This document shows, one piece after another, positions 12,027-26,127 of a DNA stretch of 64,000 nucleotides. The stretch is from contig CM120640.1 of the NCBI GenBank assembly GCA_051362555.1, positions 16,864,001 through 16,928,000 of the forward strand, written 5' to 3'. This DNA comes from Lingula anatina. Taxonomy: Eukaryota; Animalia; Brachiopoda. Position 1 is the first letter of the stretch; each line of letters opens with the position of its first letter. A model generated the notes under the pieces. That model saw only the letters and a program-made list of their open reading frames with translations. It had not been told where the DNA came from and made no database searches. The translations under genes and the position numbers were made by a program.

Positions 12027-15000
12027 ATGTGGAGCTTTGAAGGGGATTTTCGACGAAAGCCAGTACAGTCTTTAAGAGGGGCTAGTAAAAAGGTAACAGC
12101 AGAATTGTTTAAGTATTTTCTCACTTCGCAAATTTGTCACTGATCGCTAAACGCTCTTAAGGAAAAATGTAATGTCACTATGATTCATTATTAGCTCGTG
12201 ACCGAATTTTGATCATATACACTTTTAGAAGAAACGAATGTCGAACCATCTGATGAACTATTTTGATGAAAATGTCATTAGTTATGTCTTAAGTACCGAA
12301 ATAGTAAAAGCATGCTTTATATTTTAAAAAATGAGCCGGCAATCTTGCCTGGCTCGTTGGTCTAGGGGTATGATTCTCGCTTCGGGTGCGAGAGGTCCCG
12401 GGTTCAATTCCCGGACGAGCCCTCCGTTGGTATTTTTATTTTTTCGCCCTGTTACCTTATATTTTCTTTTTATAAATCGTTCTTGATTTGATATAAACAG
12501 TCAAGTGAAAAGTGGTGATTATCTCATGTTAAAGAAAATTAATACCAAATGCACAATAACTGATTTTTTTTCTCCAGGAAGAAAAGGATACCTTGCTGCA
12601 AAGAGCCCAAGCAGAACGAGAGAAGAGAGAGGTATTAGTTTGTTTGTTGCTTACAAGTTTCATGTATCATTTTTTTTAATGTGAAGATAAAGCTTTTGTA
12701 ACTTATATAAATATATATAAAACCAGTCATTGATAACTAGAACTTTCTTTGGATGTTGTCTTTACATTTTAAGACCTCAACTTTTTTCTGTTTGTTGTAA
12801 TACTCTATGCTTCAAATATATGATTCTAAAATATTCTTTGATGTTGTTTCAGGCTTTTAGACAACAAAATGCCAGTGTTACTAAAATATCAGCATTTTAC
12901 AGATCTGCTTGTGTGAGAAGGAAATGGGTAAGAATAGAATTTAATAGGTCCCCAAAATTTTTATTTTATAATTTATAATATATAGAAGAAATTTTGAGAT
13001 TGCACCAATCATTTGAAGAGGTTTTTATTATTTTTTGAACTTATTTAATTGAGTCTTTTTTACTATTTTTAAATCTTAAGTTTTGCATTCAGTTTGAATA
13101 TGATGTATTAAATGAAATTTGTATTTGAATTGATTTAACCTACTACTGAAATTGAATTTTTTTAAACTTTGAATATTATTCTTTAAAGAAATCAGATCTA
13201 CGAGCTGAGTTTGATAGATATATTGGAGAGCTGAACAAGGTAAAACAATCCACAGCTAATGTGAACAGAGTTGCTGAGCTAATCAGGAGGTTGCTTTTCT
13301 TTTTTGAAGAAGATCAGGACAGTGATAGGCTGGTAAGAAACATGTAACTGCTAGAAAAAAATCTAATACTGGATCTTAGTGTCAAACAGAGATCAAGAGG
13401 TTTCGACTTTATTGCAAGGTCTTCTTGAAGTGAATTGATTTTGAATTGTCACCAGTAAGGCATGGTGACATCTCCTAAGGCCCAGTCCCACAGATTTAAT
13501 TTTTTCATTATCTTAGTAATAGTATAATATAACTGGATAATTTAAAATAGTCACTTTGATATCACTGATAAGTTTAATAATATCACACAATTGATGAAAG
13601 GGTGATAAGAATTGTGAACAAATACACCAAACAAACTTCTGTTAGTTTGTTATTAAAACAAAAGTCAATTTAAAGTCATAATAACTCTTCGTTTTGGCCA
13701 AAAATACGATTTTCCTGGAAAAAACGGCAATTTTCCCGTACTTACCAATGTTCAACGACCCCATTCCTGCATTCAAAGTTAATCCAGGGTTTTTTTCCTA
13801 AACGTACGGTTTTTTGTTAAAATCTCTTAAGAGATTTTAACTGACGGAGCCCTCTCGTATCGAGCGATAGTTTCTAGTGACCTACTTAAAACCGCGGGAA
13901 AAGCAGACAACAACACTATATAACAATATTATAAGATTCATAAGATATATTCGTCTTTTTTGCTCAGAATGCATTTATATCTACAATGTGTGCAATTCTG
14001 GGCTTTTCGTTATCCGACGCACTGTAAAAAACTCGCAACTTACGTCTGAGGGTTTCCCGCCATGTTATTTTGGTCTCGAATGAACGCGAGAATCCGCGTG
14101 ACACCATTACGTCATTAGCAACGGATGCACTTGTCGACCGCGAAGAAAGCATCGAAAGCCCAAGTGACAAGCACAGATTTTAGTTTTACTACAATAACAG
14201 TCGTTTTAGTGGGAAAATGCAACAGAATATATTTCCAGGCGTTGTTTACAATGTATTTCTTGCGGAATTTTGAATCTCAAAGGAAGAGTTATTATTGCTT
14301 TAAGGTGTTGTTTTGCATACATATTCTTTTTTTTAGCCAAAATTTGCATTTGCTTGTCGGGGTTAAAATTTAACACTTGCGTTCAATTTCAGATTATATA
14401 AATACATTGTTTGATTCATTTTGAATTTCCAAGTACTATATTTATATATTTTTGTATCAGTTGGCAGTATGCCAGTTACTTGTGTACCATAAGGACCTGC
14501 TAATGCAGCTTTTGAACAGGGACTTACCTGTTGGATTGTACCAAGTGAAATCCCTTACATTACTTTGTGCCAGGTAAGATGGAAAGTAGTATTGATTTAA
14601 CAGAGAGAATGATTATGACTCAGTTAAATTTGGTACTCGTGTACTCTTTTTCTGCTCTTTTTACATTATTAAGTAAGACAAAAAATATTTACACAAATGC
14701 CATCAGATCACTGTCTATTTTATCATTGACAGTCACCCATATTCTATTGTTGTTTTTTAATTTGACTATTTAGTTTCCACCTAGTTCAACTGTTATTCAA
14801 ACTGATATATATTCAAAAATAAAGCCATCTGCACAAGTAAATGGAATAAAAAAAAGAACAAACAAATAGAAAAGTGACTGTTTAACCTCAACTAGTTTAA
14901 AATTATGTTGAGGGGAATGTATATATAATACTTTCATACTTGTATTTCAGGTACCTGTCCATTATATCATCAAAACAATTACCAATAGCAGTCCCTATGA

Positions 15001-17944
15001 GAATGTTGGAGGTTTTTACTTCATCAGACACATATAAAGGGATGAAAAATCCAACTACAACTGTCTTGAGACCATTGTACATTGGAGTCATGAAAAAAGG
15101 TAAGAAATGAAAGTAATGACCAAACTTTCTTTTGATGATAAAGATTTGTGCTCACTGAAAAGATATAATTCAATACCTAAATATCAGCGACTCTGAATCT
15201 AGAATTATATGGTAATTGTTTTACAGGATATTTTGGGTACTTGAAAACAGTATTTGAGACTAGAGTCCCAGCTTGTTTTGAAGAAACTACCAAACCACCA
15301 ACACCCCTGTCTGAAAGTTTGTATGACCTGTTAAAGAAACCACTGGAGCTTATAGCTGATAGAGAGGACAAAGAATTCAGGTAGGGTGCATGTTGTATTC
15401 CAATGTATTAAAACTGTAGTATATGCATCCTTTCATTTTGTACTACATGTATCTTTGTCTTTGATGTGCCAGGGAAAACAGTGTATATTACCTTACTTAC
15501 TATAAATGAAATATACCACAATACCATAGTTAAAGCTGTACTGATTAATATGAATGTGGATTTATATAATGTGGTTTTATATGCTTTATTTATATGGCTT
15601 TAGGGACATGGTAATCCACCACTTTTGCCAAGAGTTCTTCTGTTCTCAGCCCTCAGACCAAGTACGCTACTTCTTGCTCCCTGCCATGGCTTGTGGGCAG
15701 CAGTGGAATTTCCCCTTCGTAGAACTCCTCCATGCCCTGGCGCCAGACCTAGAGAACATGAAAGCAAACATAGGAGTGGCTGATACTGAAGAAAGGTTCC
15801 AAGACTACAGGAAAGGCACCACTGCGTCACCATGGCTGCTCCATGCATTTTTAACTCTGTCAAAACCAAAACTTGGTAATTATTTGTAGCCCAGGATTGT
15901 ATATTTTTTCACTTTGCTTTTAAAAAAGGAACTTTGCTGTGCTCTTTTAAGTATGTGATGAAATTTCTTTGTTTGAGGAGAAATTCATGAAGTTCCTGTC
16001 CTTGATATAGTTGTGCATTTATGGTCAATAGATTATTCTAAAATCCACTTTCAATCCAAAGCAAGGGGATTTCTTTTTCTTTCAAATTGGTACTTCAGTG
16101 CAATTTTTATTGTAGATACGCTATCACCCAGAGACTTCCAGCACTACCTACAGGTGATGAAGAGACTCATTATCACTTTACCTGGGAAAAAATTAACAAG
16201 GGACTCTGGACAGGAGTCTGACTCTGATGATGAGGAAATGATGGACACTGTGGACTATGTAAGTATGGGACACAAATTTTAAAACCGGTCACTGGTTATT
16301 AAATACATACTGGGAAGTTTTAATTTAGAGAGGTAGAATAAGAAAATTAGCACCAATCATTCTACGGTTTTATTTAAACAGCTGTAAATTCATTTTTTGC
16401 AATTTTATAATATAACTGAAAGTGTTATGTCATAAAACTGTTTTACAAAAAAAAAAATCACATCTTATATGTAAAAAAACTGCTGAAGGTCTTGTTGCTG
16501 TAAAAGAGATGTAAATTTTTCATGTACTTGTACTTAAGCTACAATTACATGGTGCAAGATTATGAAAAAATTAAAGAAGAAAATATTGAGCAAAAAAATG
16601 CTGATCAGTTAAGATTGTGTGTTGCCAAGAAATTGTCTTGTTGCACTTCTCAAAGTAAATTCTCTTAAGTAAATTCAAATTCAGTTTTTTCTTGCTGTTT
16701 TGCACAAATGCAGTAGAGCAGTAGATCTACAGGATATAACATATGGATTTGAAAATAGTTCAAAAAGTTGCAATGGGCAAAAAAGGCTAAATTGCTTAGC
16801 TGTTCTTATTATATATTTAGGAAACTGCTGAAGGTCTTGTAGCAGTAAAGGAGCAGTGTGTTCAGGTCATAGACTCCCCAAAGTTTGTGAACAGTGTTTT
16901 AATCAGCCTAAGCAGAGACCCATCTGAAACCACTTTGTCTGCTGTGTGCACACTTTGTCACACTCTGATGTCTAAATATGGGTTAACAGTTCATAAAGTC
17001 AGGTAGGTCTTCTATGGATTAAGCATTTTGACTGGGTACTGTTGTTTTTTAATAAAGTGATAATTTTTTTTTCAAAAATGTTTGTAGTTGCTGTGAATTT
17101 TATAATTCTTAAATTTTTCATAGTTTGAACAGTTTGAACAGATATATTATATCAATAACATTGAATTTCCATCATTCTCATATTTTTTTTAAATTATCAT
17201 TTTTGCTCCTTAGGTTACTATATTCACTGTCCCTAAACAAACTGTTCCTGAAGAATCTGTGGTATTTGTGTGTGTCTGTATGTGCTCCAACAGTCACAGG
17301 GTAAGAATAACTGAAAACGGTGACATAAACTGAAAATTTATTAATCAGTTTATATAATATTTGGTTTTGATCAATTTTATTTCAGTCAACAGCAAGTTGA
17401 CATTGAAAGTCTTTAGCTTGTGATAATCCATAGCTGTGAGTTTTAACAGGGGACTAGCTGTTTTTTCTGTAGTTAACTAAATATTTTTAATTGATATTTT
17501 TATTGATATTATTTGCATCATTTTGTATAATGTAGGTCTAGCACATCCCTGCTGCAGTTATTATCCAGAGGACTTCAGATGCACCAAAACCTTGTAGACC
17601 AGATTGTACCCTTGCTGTCCTCATTCTGTACTTTGTTCAACCATAATATTATTACTTTACATGATGCCGAGTTTTTTGGAGATGAAGGTAAGTTTGATAG
17701 TACAAAAAATGTTACTAACTATTCATTTGATGTGCTCTCTATAATGATATTGGTAATTATTATTAAAAGATGGCTGTATGAAAAGCAGGATGATTTACTG
17801 ACTCCTTAAATAACATTTTCCGATTACAGACTCCTTTGTCACAAGATTTTCATAGAGATAAGAAATTAGTCTGTAAAATGTACAGGATGCCCTAAGATGC
17901 TTTCGTATTAATCAAAATGGCACTGGATAATAATATTAAATACG

Positions 17945-17992
<48 letters not shown>

Positions 17993-20900
17993 TTACCATT
18001 CTTTTGCTTCTTAGGTGAGCAATCCTCTCATATGCCCTTCAGTGTGGCTGAGCTGGTCTTGATGAGCGCTGCTCTGCGTGATGCTTGTCTGGGTATCATC
18101 GAGATTGCCCATCCAGAATCCAAGCGCAGTCTTCAACAGGAATATGTGTCTGCTCTGAAGAGTGTTGGGGTGAAGCAAAAAATCACATCCAAGGAAGAAC
18201 TGGAGGAGAAAAAGCAGACATGGGCTTTTTTATTTCAGGTTGTGATGACTATGCCTTATATATGACTGTTCTTTTCTTGTTTATTAATTTTTGCATTTGT
18301 CAAAGGAATTTTGTTTAAGATGATTATAATATAGATGTTATAAGAAATGGCAATTTTTCGATTATCAATTTTAAAGAGGCTTATTTTCAAGGTCTAATAC
18401 TAAACAGTAAACTGCTTTGTTAGAACAGTGTGTAGCTACACAGAGCTAAAGTTCATATGAAAACATTCTTATACAGCAGGTTGATTTGATAATTTTTATT
18501 TGATGATATTTAATTATTAATATTCAGAGAATGGCACAGTTGGTGAAACAGCTGTATTTGAGAAATGCAAGGCGTCCTTTCTGCCCCAGGAATCATTGGT
18601 TGTCAAATCAAGTAAACATACTTGCAGATAAGGTAAGGGTTTAGTAATCTTATTGCTACACCTAAAAAGCTCAATGATATTTTGAGTTTAAGATACAGAG
18701 AAGGTGTAAGAAAATGAAAATCATGATAATTTAGATAATTTCATTTAGAATATTAAAATACTACTGATCCATAATTACACTTTATTTTATCAGGTTATTC
18801 ATATATTCTGTTTTATTTTAAATGGATTCATAAAATGTTTTCTTTCTGGTGTTTGAGGTAATTTTCATCTTATTATTATTCCTTATTATTTCTTATAATA
18901 TTTTTAGCCATCTCAAATATTTAAAGCAGGTCGCTTTACTCGACAAGAATTTGGTGCAGGCTTGGAGGCTGAGGTAGGGAATAAATTATAATAGTAATCA
19001 GAGCAACAAAATGCATGTAGAACTATTTATTTATTATTATTTATTTATTATTTTTTATATATTATTTTTTGATTCAATACAAACTATAAAAGTTTTAAAT
19101 GAAGTCGATCCATTTCTTGATATAACATGTACCAATTTTTTTTAATTTTAAATTTTCGATATTTTTCATAATTTGTTGTGCCACATCTTTGAAAAATTTG
19201 ATGATATTTTAATTTTATCTGCTATCATTTTGTAGGGTTTGAAAGACTATATGGGTGAGTAAATCTATACACATTTAATTTTACTGAATCTTAGGTTTTA
19301 ATTATCAGAATTATAGTTATAATTACCAACTTATGAAGTTTATTGTATATTTTGTAAATTGTGATATTTTTTCTGTGCCTTATTTATTTCATTTTAATCA
19401 AAAACCTTGATTCATGGAAAACTAATTTTTTTTACCTCTTCATTTCAGATGAAGATGGACCTCCATTGTCCACCACTGAAATCAGACAGTTGACTGTGTT
19501 AACAGAAATCCCTTTTGTAGTGCCATTTCAGGAAAGAGTGAAGGTAGGCAGGATTGATTATGCAGGGTCACTATCATGATGATTAAAATTAGATGGCGTG
19601 ATTTTTAATTAAACAGTCTTTTAATGATTTTAATTAAACAATCAAGAACGATAGAAAAATTTTATATACCATCATTTAAATGATACCCCCCAACAAGTTT
19701 TAAAAGATTTGTTTTTAATTTGTTATAAAAAATTCCAGATATTTAGTAAGCTGATACTCCAAGACAAAAAAGAGAACCAGGGGGAGCCCCACTTTTTTGG
19801 TGGTCCACACATACAGGTGCTGATTAGGAGGAACTACATCTATGAAGATGCCTTTGAAAAACTGTCACCTGATAACGGTAAGCAATTATTATAACAAAAA
19901 TCTATTTAGAAAGTCTCAACCCATAGAGCGGAGTGTCACATGTTTGTAGTAAAAGGATTATACATGCATAAATGTTTAAGACAAAATAAGTGTAAGATTT
20001 GTTAATCGAAACTGTTTTATAAATCACCTTAAAAGAATAAATAAATATGTTATATATTAACTTTTGGAAGTAGTTATTGTGAAGTGTTGATGAAAAGATA
20101 TTTTAAAGACAATTTAAGATGTACTGTCTTTTATGTTCATGCTAAACTTAATTAAATATTATGCATTATCTTACATATATTATTTTTCCCACTCAGAGCC
20201 CAATTTGAAGCTAAGAATGCAGGTGCAATTAGTGAATGCAGTTGGACTGGATGAAGCTGGGATAGATGGGGGAGGGATTTTTCGGGAATTCCTGTCAGAG
20301 TTGCTCAAGACGGGGTTTGACCCCAACAGAGGTTTCTTTAAATACACGTCAGACAAACTGCTGTACCCCAACCCTCAGGCCAAGGTGCTGGTAGAGTCAT
20401 TCACCAACCACTTCTACTTTCTAGGCAGAATGCTGGGAAAGGTGGGTTCGTTAAAAAAAAAAAGATCGCTTCTGAATTAAAAAAAAAATGAAAACAAGCC
20501 CTATTATGACTTGTCACTGTAATAGATTTTTAAGAAAGTGAAAAGTGAATGCTATACTATTGATTGAGTTGTCTTGTTTTGCTTTATTTTTGTCTATGAG
20601 GTGCACCAGTTCTTCCAATTTACACGATGTTAAAACTGTTTTCAGGCCTTATATTCCAACCTATTGATAGAGCTTCCATTTGCCAGTTTCTTCTTGTCTA
20701 AAGTGCTCAGTAGACAAGCAGGCAATGTAGATATTCATCATTTAGCATCTCTGGATCCAGAGATGTACAAGTGAGTATTTTTTTTTTTACAGTATTCTTA
20801 CCTGTATATGTTTGTGGCGAATACTTTGTGGTTTCCTGTTGTTCACATTTCTACAAAGTTTCTGTTTACAAATCCAGTAAGTACAATTCTTTTTGTTTCA

Positions 20901-22860
20901 GAAATCTTTTATTTCTCAAAAATTACAAGGGTGATCTTTCTGACTTGGGCTTAGATTTTACTGTGGCAAACAGTGAACTAGGAGAAGTTTCAGTAAGTAT
21001 TGTCTGACTGCAGAATTTATGTTTCCCGTGGTTTTAAGTACGTAACTAAGTAAAAAGGCCCAAAAATAATGAAATCATTATGAATCTGAAAAAAAATGAT
21101 TTTGTATTGAAATAATAAAAAAAAAATGTTGGAAATGTTAGCTAGAAGTGTGCATCTTTATGATTCCATACAAATTTATTTGATTGAATGCAAAGGAAGT
21201 GAATAATTGATTAAAAATAATTTGTTCTTGTCAAGGTGGAGGAGTTGAAGCCAGGAGGTAGAAACATCCCTGTAACAAGTAGTAACAGAATAGAATACAT
21301 TCATCTCATGGCAGATTACAGACTTAACAGACAGGTAAGTTTTCTCTTACTAGATGCATGTTCAAGTATGTATAAGGAATATGATGCATGATCATAGCTG
21401 TATATGTATCGCCCCCAAGAAATAATAAAATGAAATAAAAATAAAATGAAATGGAAAAATTTCATAATTTTCAGTTTATCATGAAGTAGAGCTTATTGTA
21501 TTCAAAACAGTTGAGAAAATCTATAAATTGGAAATTCAGTAATGAGCCAGTAAATATTAATTTTGTCAACAGTTAAGATGTGGTGTACTACAGAAAATTG
21601 TTGAATTTTTCAGGATAATTGATTTTTTGCTATATTAAAATAGGCTGCTCACTGCATGCCTTGAATATTGTATCCGTTGTTGTCTTATTTGTCATTTATA
21701 AATTCATCTTTGATTGATCTCAATCCAGATTCGAGCTCATACACATGCTTTTCGAAGTGGTCTAGCAGATGTGATCAACCTGGAGTGGCTGCGTATGTTT
21801 GACTACAACGAACTCCAGGTCTTGATTTCTGGTGCTCCAGTGCCAATTGATATAGAGGACTTGAAACAGCATACAAATTATTCAGGTAAATGTTATTGTG
21901 ATAGCCTAAGTATAACATCCTGCTCATCTTATATGTTGTTGCAAATGGAAATAGAATGATATTTATTAATTGATACATATACTCACTGGAGACTTACCAC
22001 ATTTAATCTTTATCCCTTTTATCCACTTTTGCTTACATTTGTCTGCATTATGATTTATCTCTCATTTGTTCTTATAGGTGGTTACACTGCAGACCACCCT
22101 GTGATCAACACTTTTTGGAAAGTAGCAGAGAGCCTCAATGATGTGGAGAGAAGACAGTTACTGAAGTTTGTCACTAGTTGCTCTAGACCTCCACTTCTAG
22201 GATTCAAGGTGAGTTAAGTTACTTTTTTCATAACAAGAAAAACATATTATGTCGTGGACAATTATGTTATTGTCATTTTACATTTAAACCCCCCACAAAA
22301 GTATGTTATGGACCATTATGTTATTGCCATTTTACATTTAAAGCCCCCACCACTCTTGTGTGAGGGAGCTATGAATATGGCTCCAGTCCATGCATCTATC
22401 AGTTTGTCTGTAGAGCTACATGTATATTCATACTTATCTTTGCCTGTACAGACACTAAAAATTGTTAATCCAAACTCGAAAAAAGGCACAAAATGTTGAA
22501 TATAAAAACTTATGCTTAGACCATTGGATGGGTTTGTGAAAAGGTTACTTTGACTTACTTTTAGATTCTTAAAATTTTTAGCATAAGGTATGTCACATGC
22601 CCCTGTGGTAACCTTGTGTTACTTTGAATAGCATTATACCATGTAAGTATTTTATCAAGGGAACTAAACTATTGTTTTAACTATTGTAGGATCTTTACCC
22701 AGCATTTTGCATTCATTATGGTGGTCATGAACTAGAACGCTTGCCTACTGCCAGCACATGTATGAACTTGCTCAAATTGCCAGAATTCAAGGATGAAGAA
22801 ACTATGAGGAACAAACTGCTTTATGCCATAGAGTCCGGGACTGGTTTTGAATTAAGCTAG
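12027..22860 (+). CDS. UBE3C: HECT E3 ubiquitin-protein ligase 3C (about 1085 aa, 25 coding exons)
   Basis: Exons 12027-12092, 12578-12631, 12853-12927, 13189-13332, 14461-14573, 14951-15099, 15227-15380, 15604-15875, 16116-16258, 16821-17002, 17214-17300, 17536-17687, 18015-18238, 18528-18632, 18908-18973, 19236-19254, 19449-19543, 19739-19877, 20197-20441, 20646-20770, 20902-20992, 21236-21334, 21729-21885, 22078-22208, 22690-22860 (3258 nt, in frame). N-terminus [22 protein letters not shown]; HECT motifs [45 protein letters not shown]...GFELS*. Confidence 0.96.
12351..12422 (+). tRNA. tRNA-Pro(CGG): tRNA-Pro, anticodon CGG, in UBE3C intron 1
   Basis: GGCTCGTTGGTCTAGGGGTATGATTCTCGCTTCGGGTGCGAGAGGTCCCGGGTTCAATTCCCGGACGAGCCC matches the canonical 72-nt metazoan tRNA-Pro with intact A/B boxes; T-run Pol III terminator at about 12433-12444. 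Confidence 0.97.
13674..14299. mobile_element. Kolobok-like non-autonomous transposon (family K1), UBE3C intron 4
   Basis: TTAA|AGTCATAATAACTCTTC ... GAAGAGTTATTATTGCT|TTAA; shares both ends with 34702-35039. Confidence 0.85.
17947..17994. repeat. (TTAT)n microsatellite upstream of a UBE3C acceptor
   Basis: Direct reading. Confidence 0.9.
22245..22350. repeat. Imperfect tandem duplication of about 55 bp in the last UBE3C intron
   Basis: tatgtcgtggacaattatgttattgtcattttacatttaaa versus tatgttatggaccattatgttattgccattttacatttaaa. Confidence 0.8.
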
Positions 22861-25799
22861 TGCTGGAATGCTAGTGTCAACTTTAGCTGGCTCTAATCAC
22901 CCAGGTACAGGAAGGCTGACTACAAGAATGAAGACACATCAAAAGTCAAGAATGTCACAGACCCATAATTGTCTCATACAAAAGATGTTCTTATTGTTAT
23001 CTATGTATTTATACTTTTCATTGTGCTTCTTAATAAGACCCATTTATATTATATTATTTTTCAGTTCATTCCCAGGATATAAAAATATGCTATGTCATAT
23101 AATGAGAGCCTGAAAGAAAGTTTTTTTTAAATTTATTTTATTTTATTTTATTTATTTATTTTTTTGTTATAGAAAGTCAAATTATAAATCAAATCAGCTG
23201 ATCTTTTCACTAATTTTTTTCACAAATAGCTTGGTAAAAACATGCCATTTAACTTGGTAGATTTGGATATTTGATACTATATTCTTTTTAAACAAGTAGA
23301 TGAAAAATTTTCTTGTGTGGATTTATCATATTCTTGATGTTACATAAACATATCCGATTTTTTACTGGCATATATTCAGACTAGGAACTACACATAATGG
23401 TTTATGCATCAAAAAATAAAGTTTCTAAATCATATACATGGTTGAAGCATTAAGGATATTAAGTAATAGGCAATTAACTTGGACAAGAGGAATAAAAAAT
23501 GTTTTTCCTAGTAAAGTATGTTGTCGCGATTGTTTCAAATTCCATCCCGAGTTATCTTATTACATTTGGTATCTGTGATTCTGCCTGTTACTTTTTTGTG
23601 GGATTGAAGAATTAATGCTTGTTTCAGACAACAAATAAATAAGTAAACTTTCTTACAAATTAAGTGATTTTAATGTTCTTATCAGTTTTGATCTAGAATT
23701 ATTTTCAGGAAAAGTATTGTAAACTGAATTATTATTTGGTATCATAATTTTTTTGTGTGTCGTAAAATCAAAGTCATTAGTATCACATCACAAGAATGAA
23801 TGCCTTTTATCAGCATAAAGAAAAGAACAAAATCCCCTTGGAAAGGGTCCATTTCTAATTTAATGTGTGTCAGAATAATGGCATGGGCTGAAACCTTTTC
23901 ATTATAGTGGTCTCTTTAGCATTGAGATTCAAATATGCTGCCATTAATTGACACATGATGCCTGTTGTTTTTCATACGGTTAAAATGAACTGTCAAAAAT
24001 CAAGTGCATGACAATAAAACATTATTTAAAAGGGCTTATGTTGCTTCAGTGGGGAGAAATGGATGTGACAACTGTACCATGTCACCGAATAGTCCTTTAG
24101 CACAGGGAGTAGATTCATGTCTCAGTCATCTATTTTTAAGAATGGTGTAAAAGTCCCTTTGGTGTGCAGTGTATTCCACACAAAACATGAGTGAAAAATG
24201 TGAGATAAGGCGGTGGCTGACTAAGGTTCGTATTTGCCATAGTAAACATTGCATTGAAATTTCCCCTGATGATATTACAGAAAAAAAGTTTGTTAGCCTT
24301 TTGGTCTATTTATTTTCATTGTTATTGTGTCCTGTTGTGGAAAAGATTTTCATAATATGCATCACAAATTACTTCAGTATCACAGAAATGAAGATAATGG
24401 AAATTTTTTAGAATTCACAATATGATAATACTATTTTGAGTCAGGAGAAGATAAACTAGACTTATCAGAATGCAAGTTGCATGTTGTTTTGTTAAATCAT
24501 TATAAAGATTCCTGTGGCAGCTTCCAGGATATATATCTATTTTTATGATGCTGGTACTTGTACCATGCAAGGGTACTGCATCGGCCCACACTCCCACTAT
24601 GATTTTTCATTAGTATTTCATTTAAATGTGAAAATCTATGTTGTAAACATGTCCTCTTCTACTAAATATATAATGGCACATAATAAAAATAGGCTATATG
24701 GTGATATTACTTCAGTGATAAAAGTGGAGTGCGTATATAATGTTCAGCTATGAAATGTCACCAAAATGTTCAACAGCATGAATCCTTTACAAATCATAAA
24801 TGGGATTGGATGTTCTGATGAACATTTATCTTAAAGGCAGTGTCTGGTACCATTTTATCTGAATTGATACCAAGGGTCCTATTATTTATAGCTATAGAAA
24901 ATGATTTTTTAACCAATTTGACGACAAAAAAAAAAAAAAAAAAAAGTTTTGAGAAAATGATCCCTCCTCCTGAAAAGAAATTGCATGTTGTATTGTTATC
25001 ATATATATGCATTCCCCTCCAAGCTAAGAGGTCGGTGTTTTGTGTGAATGCATGGCACAATGGAGGGGTAACATATGTACTCTCCAATTTAACTCCAATC
25101 TTTTTAAAGAAGAATCATAATTGCTAGTTAACTCCTGTCCTTCTGGAGTTGTGCCAAAACAGATTTTTAAATTAAGGGGTGAAGGATATAGCCATGGAAA
25201 TCCTTAATGACACAGTAAACAATTTGGTCCATAACTTGTTGTCTTCTTGTCAAGTGGATAAAACAGGAAATGTGATCCAGTGCATTTTGTAAAAAAAAAA
25301 ATTCAACAAACTAGTATCTACGTGCTAGTGGTAACGTGTATACAGGAATTCAAGGTCACACAAGGAGAGCGATGACATTTTTTGCGCAAGAAAAATTCCC
25401 ATTTCTTTGTGAGTGTAAGAGACACTTAAGAACAATAAGATAATACTATGAGGATTGTTCACATCAGGTTTGATTTAAACCCAAATATACAAGTAGTTAG
25501 CAGAGTCCAGTTTCTGGGACCAATTTTAACCTGGTGTAAATGGTCCTACAAATTGAGTTATAAAAAATGCATGAGAGATTCATGGATATAATAATCATAA
25601 AGCTGTTAAATTTCCTCTTTGTTGTGAATATATGTTATAATATCTGAAATGGTGTACTGAATAGTTTTAACACAATATCTGCTTTTTAAAATTTTGTTTT
25701 TATTCAGCGTATTTACACACTGCAATAATCAAACATATCTGTAACAGCGACATTCACACACAATTTAAATTTACATATAAAAAGAGTGTAGTTTCCCTG

Positions 25800-26127
25800 T
25801 TAGGCATTTTAACCATTTCTACAATGTCTTATATCACTTGGAGTCGACATGCAAATTGCAAGGGATAAACCAAATTATTCTCTCGATCAACCACATTAAA
25901 ACTGCACCTTCTTTAAATTTTTGGTCATTATTGCTCAACTCATCTGCCTTGGCTATATACAGCATAGAAGGTAAGCAGTAAATATCCATTCAAGTATCAT
26001 TTTGAAAACTACATCCTTTGGCATGAAACTACATCCTTTGGTATTCCTTTAAGTTATATTATTGAAACTGAATGGTGGGAATTGATCAGATTAAGTGACA
26101 AAATTTTGACTTCAAAATGCATCTTAA
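25800..26127. mobile_element. Degenerate copy of the Kolobok-like element at 8312-8688
   Basis: Colinear shared motifs and the right end ATGCATCTTAA; left end not recognised. Confidence 0.6.
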
